Positions 50,515 through 60,057 of a stretch of 64,000 nt of DNA are shown here, piece after piece. The stretch covers positions 198,051-262,050 of the forward strand of contig CAWBNA010000019.1 of assembly GCA_963789985.1 (NCBI GenBank), read 5' to 3'. The position numbers were made by a program, and so were the translations under genes. The notes under the pieces are model-generated. The model saw only the letters and a list, made by a program, of their open reading frames with translations. It searched no databases and had not been told where the DNA came from. Each line of letters begins with the position of its first letter. Within the stretch, counting starts at the first letter, position 1. Origin of the DNA: an uncultured Bacteroidales bacterium. GTDB lineage: Bacteria; Bacteroidota; Bacteroidia; Bacteroidales; VadinHA17.

Positions 50515-51135
50515 TCATTGATATTCCGGTTTTTTTACCGACTGTTCCCTTGATTTGGCTCCGAGGTATCCTCCATGGTGCCTTTTTGAATAATCCTCAG
50601 CGGTAAATCCTATTTTTTCCATCATCATAACAACCAGGGCATCACCAATGACCGTGAACACGGTTGTAGAGGTGGTAGGAGTAAGTCCGAGCGGACAAAC
50701 TTCTGCAGGAGAGCCTGTAAAAATAACATATTCAGCCTTATTGGCGAGCGGACTGTTTTCATTTCCCGTGATCACTATTACCGGCATTGAAGGATAAAGG
50801 TTGTTCTTAAGGTCAATCAATTCGGTTATTTCTCTTGTTTTTCCTGAATTTGAAATAGCCAGAAGAACATCATTTTTCTGAAGTACTCCGAGATCGCCGT
50901 GCTGGGCTTCGCTTGGATGGAGGAAAACTGCGGGAGTGCCGGTTGAACTAAAGGTTGTCGCAATATTAAGGGCTATCTGCCCGGCTTTGCCCATGCCGCT
51001 GGTTATCAGCTTGCCATTCATTAAGTGAACATGCCTGTAAATTAATTCAATAACTTTTGCATATGTATTGCTCACCGGAATTTTACATATAGCTTCTGCT
51101 TCAGCTTCAAAAATTCTCCTGACTTGATTCTCCAT
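50515..51135 (-). CDS. Stand-alone SIS-domain sugar-phosphate isomerase (KpsF/GutQ-like, no CBS domains)
   Basis: SGMGKAG, STGTPA, EAQHGDLG, SNSGKT, PTTSTT, HHGGYLG. Confidence 0.9.
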   Translation of the reverse strand: MENQVRRIFEAEAEAICKIPVSNTYAKVIELIYRHVHLMNGKLITSGMGKAGQIALNIATTFSSTGTPAVFLHPSEAQHGDLGVLQKNDVLLAISNSGKTREITELIDLKNNLYPSMPVIVITGNENSPLANKAEYVIFTGSPAEVCPLGLTPTTSTTVFTVIGDALVVMMMEKIGFTAEDYSKRHHGGYLGAKSREQSVKKPEYQ

Positions 51136-51158
51136 ACCTGGATATAAAAATTAGTCCT

Positions 51159-51166
51159 CAAAGTTA
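51159..51166 (-). promoter_or_regulatory. -7 promoter box TAACTTTG for the SIS operon
   Basis: Plus-strand CAAAGTTA, about 24 nt upstream of the start codon. Confidence 0.5.
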
Positions 51167-51332
51167 TTTAAAAATTGAGACGAAAAGGATTCATTTTTTA
51201 AATGAAGCCAGATTACAGAAACCGAAAAGGATATAACCGGAAGAAAAATTTGTACATTAAAGTATTGCGTTTGTGAAATATCTTTAAAAAAACCGTTTTT
51301 TTAAGGTTTTTGAGCAATGGCATTTTTTTAGT

Positions 51333-51404
51333 GACTAAAATCAAAAATGAAAAGACTAATCAATTTTGACATTTGACCAACCAGCTAAATTTTTTGACAA
51401 ACCA
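51333..51404. promoter_or_regulatory. Four phased direct repeats (GACNAA core) at an exact 21-bp period; candidate regulator-binding array
   Basis: GACTAAAAT (51333), GACTAATCA (51354), GACCAACCA (51375), GACAAACCA (51396). Confidence 0.6.
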
Positions 51405-51731
51405 CCAAAAACAGGTCAATTTCTTCTAATCCAGACTTGTCCGGTTTTGATTATTATGGATCTAATTAATAAATTTAGAATGTTATTTAACCTAAAAGTT
51501 AGCCAAGACAGCTCCCATAAACAGGAAAATTACACTTACTTAACCTGGGAAATTTTAAAGGATTTTTTCTTTTCCTGTTTTTTGCTGAATTATTGTGACT
51601 GACGGGGCGAAAGCATATCCCATTGTAACGATATTCGATTTTGCTGCTTCCGGTTTTTATCATAAACCGACTTTTCTATAGTTATTTGTCTTAAAGAATT
51701 CATTATCCAGATCCCATTATACCCAAAAGCC

Positions 51732-52532
51732 ATGAAAAATAAACTAAGCATACTTGTCATTTCAGTTATTGTCTTATCTGTTGTTGGCTCTTGTGTAACA
51801 AACAGAAAAATTATTTACTTGCAAGAAAAAAGAATTGCAGCTGATAGTATAATTAAAAGAAGTGATACGATAGTTTCGGTCACACCAGCTAAATATAAAG
51901 TACTGCCAAATGATAATATCTATGTAAGAGTTGTGACACCAGACCCTCAATGGTCAAACATGTTTAACACCTTACCAACGGGGGCAGGAATAAATATCTC
52001 TCCTGAAAGTTCTCAGCTACTTAGTTATCCGGTTGAGGTCGATGGCACAATTGAACTTCCTTATATTGGTAAATTTGAGGTTGCCGGGAAAACGCTTTCA
52101 GAAATAAAGATCGATCTGGAGGCAGCATTAAAGAATTTTGTTTCTGATGCAGCAGTCACGGTAAGGCTGGTAAATAATTTTGTAAGTATTATAGGTGAAG
52201 TGCGCCAGCCCGGGAGATATCCGATTTACAAAGACAGGATGAATGTTTTTGAGGTACTGGCATTAGCCGGAGATATGGATGAGTACAGCGATAAAAGAAA
52301 TGTTCAGATTATAAGGCGCTCCTCCAACGGCAACATCATTAAGAAATTCTGCCTCCTTGACAGGAGCATTATGTCATCCGATTTCTTTTATGTTTTACCC
52401 AATGATGTGATCTATGCTCAACCCAGAAAAGGCAGATTCTTTGATATGAGCGTTTTCCCGTATTCGATTGTTCTGAGTGCTATAACCTCTTTTGTTCTTG
52501 TATATAATTTTGTAAACACTCTGCACAAATAA
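51732..52532 (+). CDS. wza: Polysaccharide export outer-membrane lipoprotein (Wza-like)
   Basis: Lipobox VGSC, DGTIELPYIG, IIGEVRQPG, LALAGD, LPNDVIYAQP. Confidence 0.9.
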   Translation: MKNKLSILVISVIVLSVVGSCVTNRKIIYLQEKRIAADSIIKRSDTIVSVTPAKYKVLPNDNIYVRVVTPDPQWSNMFNTLPTGAGINISPESSQLLSYPVEVDGTIELPYIGKFEVAGKTLSEIKIDLEAALKNFVSDAAVTVRLVNNFVSIIGEVRQPGRYPIYKDRMNVFEVLALAGDMDEYSDKRNVQIIRRSSNGNIIKKFCLLDRSIMSSDFFYVLPNDVIYAQPRKGRFFDMSVFPYSIVLSAITSFVLVYNFVNTLHK

Positions 52533-52622
52533 TATACTGGAAAAGCAAAACTAGCCGCTATGAACATGAAAGTGGCCTGATTTAGGTTTTCAGTTAAAAT
52601 AAAGAAATAAAATCATAAAGGA

Positions 52623-55058
52623 ATGAGTACATATTTTCAAAAAACTGGTCCGGATAAACCGCATGTCAGTGATGGTGATTTTAATATCACCAGAGTCTTC
52701 ATGATTATGCTTAATAAATGGTATCTTTTTGCAATCTCTCTTGTTGCCGTATTTTTTTTAGCACATATGTATTTATCCCATACGCTTCCTGTATACGGTG
52801 TTTCAGCAACAATTCTTATAAACAAGGACCAGGGAAATTACTCGCTTAATGATCAGTTCATGAAGGGAATGGGGCTTTCACAGGGGAACCAGAATATACA
52901 GAATCAAATAATGCTTCTTTCTTCAAGAACAGTCACTGAAAGGGCTCTTAAGGAATTACCTTTTGAGACTGATTTTTATTTCAAAACGCTCAGAAACCAG
53001 CTTCCTGTTTATCCTGAAGTCCCCTTTGAAATTACCTCAATTAATAATGCCGGTCTGCCAAGGAATACAGAGTTTGAAGTAAAATATCTGGGCAATAACA
53101 GGTTCAGCCTGAATACTAATTCAAAATCTACTTTAAAAATACATTGCCAGATATCTTCAGAAGACACTGTAAAATTCCAGAATGGAGGTTTTGTTATCAG
53201 TTCTGTGGACAGTATCTGGATAGCCAAAAATATCGGGAAAAAATTCTATTTTATTGTGCATAATAAAGCAAATCTCACAAAAAATTATAACAGGAGGTTG
53301 AAGGTTATTTCAACCACAAAAGACGGGACTACGATAAAACTAAGTCTTGAAGGGACCAACCGTGCCAAGGATGTTGACTTTATAAACAAGCTTACTGATA
53401 TATTTGTTACTCTTTCGCTTGACAAGAAAAATCTTGAAGCATCAAGGAGAATACAATTTATTGATGATCAGCTTGTTGGCATATCAGATTCTCTTAGCCT
53501 GACAGAAAACAGGCTTCAGCAGTTCCGTTCCAGAAACAAGGTCATGGACGTTTCAACACAGGGACAAGCAATAATCAATCAGTCGATGGAACTTGAAAAC
53601 CAGAGAGCGCGCATTGCAGTTGAAACGAACTATTACAACTATTTAAATGAGTGCCTCGAAAAAAATGTTACAAGTGAAGTCCCTGTTGCACCTGCAACAA
53701 TGGGTATAACTGATCCTGGTCTTACCAGGCTGGTTGGTGAACTTGTCGAGCTTCAGGGCCAGCTGTCAAGTAAAAGCCTTGGAGATAAAAACCCGCTTCA
53801 AAATCAGCTTCTGCAAAGAATCAAGAATACCAAAGGAGCGCTTCTTGAGACTTTGAAAGGACTGAGGCAGGCAAATGCACTTGCAGTTCAAGAGAATAAC
53901 TCCCAGATAAAACAAATAAACAATCAGGCTGCAACACTGCCAAGTACGGAAAGACAGCTTCTTGGTATGGAAAGGAAATTCAAGCTAAATGATGAACTTT
54001 ATACATTTTTAATGGAGAGAAGATCTGAACAGCAAATGCAAAAAGCTTCAAACGTTGCAGACAATGAGGTAATTGACTATGCCACCGAATCTGATGCTAT
54101 TATTGTTTCTCCAAAAAGTTCAAAAATCTATTTATTAGCCTGGTTTGCCGGCATGGCTATACCATTCCTTTTGATATTACTGGCAGATGCTTTAAGCAGA
54201 TCAGTCACAGCTGAAGAAATCTCTTCTCTTACTGATTTGCCTGTTGCAGGAAAAATACCTCACAATCCCTTTAAGAACAGTCTTGTTGTTACAGAAAACC
54301 CTGAATCTCCTGTATCCGAATCTTTCAGATTACTCAGGTCCAGAATGCAATTTTTCACTAAAGAAAACAAATCTCCATTAATTTTGGTGACATCTTCAAA
54401 TGCTGCTGAAGGAAAAACCTTTACAGCAATGAATCTGGCTTTGGCTTATTCCCTTATGGGAAAGAAGACTGTTCTGATTGGCTTCGATTTACGCAGGCCG
54501 AAAATTTTCAATGATTTTCACATTACAAATGAAAAAGGGGTTACTACATTTCTGATAGGGAAAGATAACCTGAACGAAGTCATTATCAATACCGGGTTTA
54601 AAAACCTTGCAATCATTCCATCCGGACCAGTTCCTCCTAATCCTTCAGAACTGACAGCCCTTGAAAAGACATCGCTTTTATTCAGTTCGCTCAAAAATCA
54701 GTTTGATTATATAATAGTCGATTCATCTCCAATAGGACTGGTATCCGACACATATCATCTTGCCTCAATGGCTGACTCCATCCTTTTGGTAGTCAGAAAC
54801 AAGAAAACTTTGAAGAGTATGTTTGAGCAGGTTTTAAAGGACCTGAAGATCAATGATATAAAGAGCATAAGCCTTGTCATTAATGATGTTGATCATAAAA
54901 ACAAAGGTTACGGCTATACTTATTATACTCCTTCCAGGGAATTGAAGACTGAGAATGGAAAATCAAAAGGGATAAAACCTGGTTTTATGAACAAGAAGTC
55001 AAAACAAAATAAACAGGATGTACCTCAGGGATCTCCCTGGAAAAGCAATTTGGAATAA
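52623..55058 (+). CDS. wzc: Polysaccharide co-polymerase / BY-kinase (Wzc-like)
   Basis: Two TM segments around a coiled coil, ESFRLLR, AEGKTF (Walker A), DLRRP, IVDSSP, Tyr cluster GYGYTYY. Confidence 0.93.
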   Translation: MSTYFQKTGPDKPHVSDGDFNITRVFMIMLNKWYLFAISLVAVFFLAHMYLSHTLPVYGVSATILINKDQGNYSLNDQFMKGMGLSQGNQNIQNQIMLLSSRTVTERALKELPFETDFYFKTLRNQLPVYPEVPFEITSINNAGLPRNTEFEVKYLGNNRFSLNTNSKSTLKIHCQISSEDTVKFQNGGFVISSVDSIWIAKNIGKKFYFIVHNKANLTKNYNRRLKVISTTKDGTTIKLSLEGTNRAKDVDFINKLTDIFVTLSLDKKNLEASRRIQFIDDQLVGISDSLSLTENRLQQFRSRNKVMDVSTQGQAIINQSMELENQRARIAVETNYYNYLNECLEKNVTSEVPVAPATMGITDPGLTRLVGELVELQGQLSSKSLGDKNPLQNQLLQRIKNTKGALLETLKGLRQANALAVQENNSQIKQINNQAATLPSTERQLLGMERKFKLNDELYTFLMERRSEQQMQKASNVADNEVIDYATESDAIIVSPKSSKIYLLAWFAGMAIPFLLILLADALSRSVTAEEISSLTDLPVAGKIPHNPFKNSLVVTENPESPVSESFRLLRSRMQFFTKENKSPLILVTSSNAAEGKTFTAMNLALAYSLMGKKTVLIGFDLRRPKIFNDFHITNEKGVTTFLIGKDNLNEVIINTGFKNLAIIPSGPVPPNPSELTALEKTSLLFSSLKNQFDYIIVDSSPIGLVSDTYHLASMADSILLVVRNKKTLKSMFEQVLKDLKINDIKSISLVINDVDHKNKGYGYTYYTPSRELKTENGKSKGIKPGFMNKKSKQNKQDVPQGSPWKSNLE

Positions 55059-55088
55059 ACCGGATCAACAAAGGACCGCTTAAGACCA

Positions 55089-56555
55089 ATGAGTCTCAAA
55101 AACCAGGCTATAAATGGAGTCATCTGGAATTCCTTGGGGAACTTATCTTCTCTGGGCGCCGAATTTGTCGTCGGGATTATTCTTGCAAGGCTCCTCACAC
55201 CAAAGGAGTTTGGACTGGTCGCCACAATAATGATTGTCATTGCCATTTCCCAGATATTCATTAACAGTGGCTTTAGTCAGGCAATAGTCCGAAAGCCTGT
55301 ATGCACACAAAAGGACTATTCAACTGTATTTTTTTTTAATCTTGCCATAGGGATATTGCTTTATTCTATCCTGCTAATTTCTGCCGGCACGATAAGTGTT
55401 TTTTTTAATAATCCGGAACTTAAGCAATTGATTCAGGTTCTTGGACTTGTTCTGATCGTTGGTGCCCTGACATTAATACAACAGGCAAAGCTTACAAAAC
55501 AGATTAATTTCAAGTTACTGGCTAAAATATCTTTTATAGCATCTCTAGTCTCCGGAGCCATTGCTATCATTTTGGCTTACAAAGGATTTGGTGTTTGGTC
55601 ACTTATTGCCAAAGCATTGACAAATCAGGGATGTACGGCAGTAATGCTCTGGTTGTTAAATCCATGGAAGCCTGATTTTATTTTCAGTATTGAATCCTTT
55701 AAAGAGCTTTTCGGATTTGGGTCAAAATTGCTGGTAAGCGGATTTATTGGTACTTTACTAAGCAATATTTATTATTTCGTAATTGCAAAATACTTCTCAG
55801 CTACAGACTTAGGATACTATTCCCGGGCCGAGTTATTTAAGAACCTGCCAAGCCAAAATTTTACTTCGGTTATAACAAATGTCAGTTATCCTGTTTTGGC
55901 AAAGGTCCAGAATGACCAAAATAAATTCAAAGAGGGATCAAGAAGAATTATTACGACTACATTTTTTATCATGTCAATGGTTATGTTCGGTATGGCATCC
56001 GTGTCAAATTCATTGGTTATTACATTGGTAGGTGAGCAATGGAGGCAATCGATAGTTTATCTGCAGATGCTTTGTTTCGTTGGCCTTATGCATCCGTTAA
56101 CTTCAATAAATATCAACCTGTTAAATGTTCTTGGACGTTCTGATCTGTACATGAAACTTCAATTGATTATGCAGTCCTTTTCAATACCGGTAATGATTAT
56201 TGGTGTCATTTACGGCATTAAAATAATGATTCTCGGGATGTGTCTGAATTATTTGGTCTCTTACCTTATTTTCTGCAAAATATCCTCAAAATTCAGCGGT
56301 TATAAATTTAGCCAGCAGATAAAGGATATTTCTGTGCTTTTCCTTGCAGGAGCTTTTATGGGAGGCATAGTTTACCTTATCGATTACTTAACATACTTCA
56401 GACCATTAGTTACCCTGATCATACAGATAACATCGGGTATTTTGATAGTCCTATTAATGGGAGAATTGTTTAAGATCAGGGAATACATCTTTCTCAAGGA
56501 GGTCTTAAACGACCAGATCAAATCATACTTAAAAAAAGTACCGGCTAATACCTGA
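55089..56555 (+). CDS. wzx: Wzx flippase (WzxC-like)
   Basis: ILARLLTPKEFG, GFGVWSL, FGSKLL, LGYYSRA. Multi-TM. Confidence 0.92.
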   Translation: MSLKNQAINGVIWNSLGNLSSLGAEFVVGIILARLLTPKEFGLVATIMIVIAISQIFINSGFSQAIVRKPVCTQKDYSTVFFFNLAIGILLYSILLISAGTISVFFNNPELKQLIQVLGLVLIVGALTLIQQAKLTKQINFKLLAKISFIASLVSGAIAIILAYKGFGVWSLIAKALTNQGCTAVMLWLLNPWKPDFIFSIESFKELFGFGSKLLVSGFIGTLLSNIYYFVIAKYFSATDLGYYSRAELFKNLPSQNFTSVITNVSYPVLAKVQNDQNKFKEGSRRIITTTFFIMSMVMFGMASVSNSLVITLVGEQWRQSIVYLQMLCFVGLMHPLTSININLLNVLGRSDLYMKLQLIMQSFSIPVMIIGVIYGIKIMILGMCLNYLVSYLIFCKISSKFSGYKFSQQIKDISVLFLAGAFMGGIVYLIDYLTYFRPLVTLIIQITSGILIVLLMGELFKIREYIFLKEVLNDQIKSYLKKVPANT

Positions 56556-56567
56556 TAAGAAATCTAT

Positions 56568-57497
56568 ATGTTTAGATTTATATATTACATGTACTTTATG
56601 GCCTTCAGGAGCCAAACCGCAGATCAATTATATTCAAGAATTATTATTCGAATTGCAAACATTTTACTTCCCCTTTATTTTCATTTAACATTCGGATTCC
56701 ATCGGAACAAAATTCCTGAGTCAGATCCCGGAAGAGAAATAAGGTATATTGTGTCGATGACCACATTCCCTTTAAGGATTGACAAAGTCTGGCTTGTCCT
56801 TGAAACTATGTTGCATCAGAAAAAAAAGCCTGATTCAATAATTCTGTGGCTTTACAAAGATGAATTTGACGGAAAGCGCAGTCTACCGAGGTCCCTGCTT
56901 AAATTGGAAAAGCGGGGATTACAAATAAGGTTTGGTTCAGAGAACCTTATGCCGCATTTAAAGTACTTTTATACAATGCTGGAATATCCTGATGCAAATA
57001 TAATTACAATTGATGATGATATCCTTTACCCCCCTGATTTGATTGAAAAACTAATTCAATGTCATAAAACATATCCCAGTTCAATCATATGTCCGGTTAC
57101 CCGTAAGATAAAAAAAATCGGAACTGTACTTCAGCCCTACAGCTCATGGGACTATTTAAGAGTCAGTTCGGAGCCTTCATTTCAAAACCTGACTATGGGA
57201 GTCGGGAGTGCTTTTTATCCCATAAAATCTCTTCATCCGGATGTTTTCAATTTGGAATTTTTGAAAAAACTGGCGTTACGTACAGATGATCTGTGGATCA
57301 AGATAATGAGCATTAAAAACGGAACCGGTGTGGTCAGCATGGCCGGTGAATATTCTCGTTTTTTTATTCCTGTCATTCATAATTCTCATATTCAACTAAT
57401 GGATTTTAATATAGGGCAGGGCCTGAATGACAATATTTTTTCAGGTTTGATTAATTTCTGGAATATTCCTGTTTCAGCTTTTAATGATCATGGGTAA
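56568..57497 (+). CDS. GT-A fold glycosyltransferase
   Basis: IVSMTTFPLRI, ITIDDDILYP, DDLW. Locus context. Confidence 0.75.
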   Translation: MFRFIYYMYFMAFRSQTADQLYSRIIIRIANILLPLYFHLTFGFHRNKIPESDPGREIRYIVSMTTFPLRIDKVWLVLETMLHQKKKPDSIILWLYKDEFDGKRSLPRSLLKLEKRGLQIRFGSENLMPHLKYFYTMLEYPDANIITIDDDILYPPDLIEKLIQCHKTYPSSIICPVTRKIKKIGTVLQPYSSWDYLRVSSEPSFQNLTMGVGSAFYPIKSLHPDVFNLEFLKKLALRTDDLWIKIMSIKNGTGVVSMAGEYSRFFIPVIHNSHIQLMDFNIGQGLNDNIFSGLINFWNIPVSAFNDHG

Positions 57498-57640
57498 CAA
57501 GGCTTTAAATAACCATAAAATCTGATTGATTAATTCTCAGTAATTTAAGTAGATAATCTTAATCAATGAATGAATTTGGCAGATCTCAAATTATAATCAT
57601 TATAACATTACTGTTTTATTAAGATCAAAACCGGTTTTCT

Positions 57641-58744
57641 ATGTCTGTGGAAAAGGTATTAATAATTACAAAGGCATTTTATCCTGATATTACACCGCGT
57701 TCTTTCAGAGCTACTGAACTGGCGCGGGAACTTGCCCGCCAGGGTCATGAGGTTGTTGTAAGCCTTCCCGTAGATGGATTTGATTATACCTTGATTGAAA
57801 AGAAATATAACATAAGAATTCATGACCTTGGAAAGCTCAAATGGAAAAATGTAGAGCTTAAGGGAGGAAGAATTAGACTGCTTTTCAGGCGTATATTGAA
57901 AAGAATTTTGCAGGTTCTGTTTGAATATCCTGATCTGGAACTGATGTTCAGGGTGTCAAAGCTGCTCAGATTTGAAAAGGGTTATGACGTTCTTATCTCT
58001 ATTGCTGTCCCGTATCCAATCCATTGGGGTGTTGCAATGGCCTGGGATAAAAAGAAGAATATTGCCGGAACCTGGATTGCTGATTGCGGAGATCCATATA
58101 TGGGCGACAGGATGGACAGTTTCAGGAAGTTGTTTTACTTCAGGTACATTGAAAAATGGTTCTGCAGGAAAACGGATTTTATAACAATACCAGTTGAAGA
58201 AGCCAGGCAAGCCTATTATCCCGAATTTCACAGCAAGATCAGGGTAATACCACAAGGATTGCGCTATCAGGACCTTGATCTGCCGGCCTACCATAGGAAT
58301 GGATCTCCTCCTGTTTTTGCCTATGCAGGTAACTTTATTCCGGGGAAAAGGGATCCCAGACAGACCCTGGAATATATGTCATCATTGAATAATGAATTCA
58401 AATTTGTAATTTTTACCAGTCACCGGGATTTAATAGAACCTTATATAAAAATGCTGGGTGATAAATTAAGTATATGTAATCTGGTGCCACGTGAGAAATT
58501 GCTGAAAATATTATCGGCGATGGATTTTCTTATAAATTTTGATAACAATACTGAAACTCAGGTTCCAAGTAAACTGATTGATTACTCAATCACAGGGAGG
58601 CCTGTATTGAATATAAAAGGTCCGGGTGATTTTAATATATTAAATGAGTTCCTTGCCGGAGATTACACCCACAAAATGAAATTGAATAGCCCTGATTATT
58701 ATAATATTGAATCTGTTGCTAAAATGTTTTTGTCCCTGAAATGA
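57641..58744 (+). CDS. GT-B (GT4-like) glycosyltransferase
   Basis: ELARQGHEVVV, DCGDPY, YAGNF, VPSKLIDY. Confidence 0.8.
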   Translation: MSVEKVLIITKAFYPDITPRSFRATELARELARQGHEVVVSLPVDGFDYTLIEKKYNIRIHDLGKLKWKNVELKGGRIRLLFRRILKRILQVLFEYPDLELMFRVSKLLRFEKGYDVLISIAVPYPIHWGVAMAWDKKKNIAGTWIADCGDPYMGDRMDSFRKLFYFRYIEKWFCRKTDFITIPVEEARQAYYPEFHSKIRVIPQGLRYQDLDLPAYHRNGSPPVFAYAGNFIPGKRDPRQTLEYMSSLNNEFKFVIFTSHRDLIEPYIKMLGDKLSICNLVPREKLLKILSAMDFLINFDNNTETQVPSKLIDYSITGRPVLNIKGPGDFNILNEFLAGDYTHKMKLNSPDYYNIESVAKMFLSLK

Positions 58745-60021
58745 CTTCCCTGATAAATAATGCTCTGATAAGTTCTGACAGGCGTAAGAAATTATATGCA
58801 TGTATTGCTGCCATATTCACCATTTGGCCCTGCGGGTCCTTATTCCTTGTATTTAAGTATTGGAGAACTTCATGGGCTAAGAATATCTTCTGGCTTTTTT
58901 GTATTTATTTTGGCTTGACCTTTGTCATTGACAGCACCGGGGAAAGTGATTCGTCGCGATACGGTCAGGAATTATTGCAATTTTCTCAATCGGGTTTGAC
59001 GCTGAATGATTTGAAAAGCTCCATTTATGGAGCCGATACGAATTATGTTGACATAGTTCAGCCATTGATAACTTTCATCGTTTCAAAATTTACGGATAAT
59101 CCAAAAGTGCTTTTCACAGTCTTTGCATTGATTTTTGGTTTCTTCTATTCACGCAATATCTGGTATATCCTTGACAGATTAAACAACAAAATAACATTTA
59201 TAATATTAATATTTATAATTGTCTATGCACTGCTAAATCCCATATTCAATATTAATGGCTTCAGGATGTATGCAGCTGCCCATATATTTCTTTATGGCAC
59301 GCTTCCTTTTCTTCTGGAAGGCAATAAAAAGAAATTGTTCTGGGCCTTTTTTTCAGTATTTGTCCATTTCTCATTTTTTCTGCCTGTATTTATCCTTATT
59401 TGTTACATTTTATTTGGGAACAGGTTAGGTATATATTTTTGGTTTTTTATAGTTGCATGTTTTTTTTCTGAAATAAATATTCAAACTGCCCGGGAATCGC
59501 TTGCTTATCTGCCTGGTGTCTTCAGTTCGCGATTGGAATTATACTTTGATGCAGACTATATAAGCTCCCTTTCACAATCCCAGGCTGATTTAAGTTGGTA
59601 TATGTTGTACTATATTAAATTAAAGAGCTGGATATTGATTGCCCTATCTGTCCTGGTTTTTGTCTGGGGTAAAAACGAACTTAAAAGCCGTCCGGATTTG
59701 TTAAATCTTTTTTGTTTTGCACTTTTAATATGCGGGTGGGCCAAGTTGTTGGGGAATCTGCCGTCAGCAGGAAGGTTCGGTATTATTGCGAACCTGTTTA
59801 TGTTTGCCTTTTTTATCCTGTTTTTTTCAGAACACAAAGATCTGAAATTCTATAAAGAACTCGAGTTTATTTCTATTCCCATTTTGCTCCTTTTTATTAT
59901 AGTGACTATTCGGATGGGCCTCGACTTTATGGGATTATCCACTATCCTTGGGAATCCCGTATATTCGTACTTTGTCAATGACAATATACCTTTGGTCACC
60001 GTTATCAAGCAGCTTTTTTAG
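58741..60021 (+). CDS. EpsG-like polysaccharide polymerase (Wzy)
   Basis: About 10 TM segments, DSSRY, NINGFR, VHFSF, GRF. Locus context. Confidence 0.75.
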   Translation: MTSLINNALISSDRRKKLYACIAAIFTIWPCGSLFLVFKYWRTSWAKNIFWLFCIYFGLTFVIDSTGESDSSRYGQELLQFSQSGLTLNDLKSSIYGADTNYVDIVQPLITFIVSKFTDNPKVLFTVFALIFGFFYSRNIWYILDRLNNKITFIILIFIIVYALLNPIFNINGFRMYAAAHIFLYGTLPFLLEGNKKKLFWAFFSVFVHFSFFLPVFILICYILFGNRLGIYFWFFIVACFFSEINIQTARESLAYLPGVFSSRLELYFDADYISSLSQSQADLSWYMLYYIKLKSWILIALSVLVFVWGKNELKSRPDLLNLFCFALLICGWAKLLGNLPSAGRFGIIANLFMFAFFILFFSEHKDLKFYKELEFISIPILLLFIIVTIRMGLDFMGLSTILGNPVYSYFVNDNIPLVTVIKQLF

Positions 60022-60057
60022 CACTTATTCAGTTTGTTAAAAAACGAAACTAAATTA

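Noticed and set aside
51366-51602. 78-aa ORF upstream of wza (possible UpxY or leader peptide)
   Set aside because: TTG start, no NusG-like motifs, and it overlies the phased regulatory repeats.
51136-51731. Invertible promoter for the polysaccharide locus
   Set aside because: I found no convincing long inverted-repeat pair by eye, and there is no recombinase in the window.
52554-52576. GCCGCT...AGTGGC hairpin between wza and wzc
   Set aside because: Only 6 bp with a G-U pair and no immediate U-tract; could be chance.
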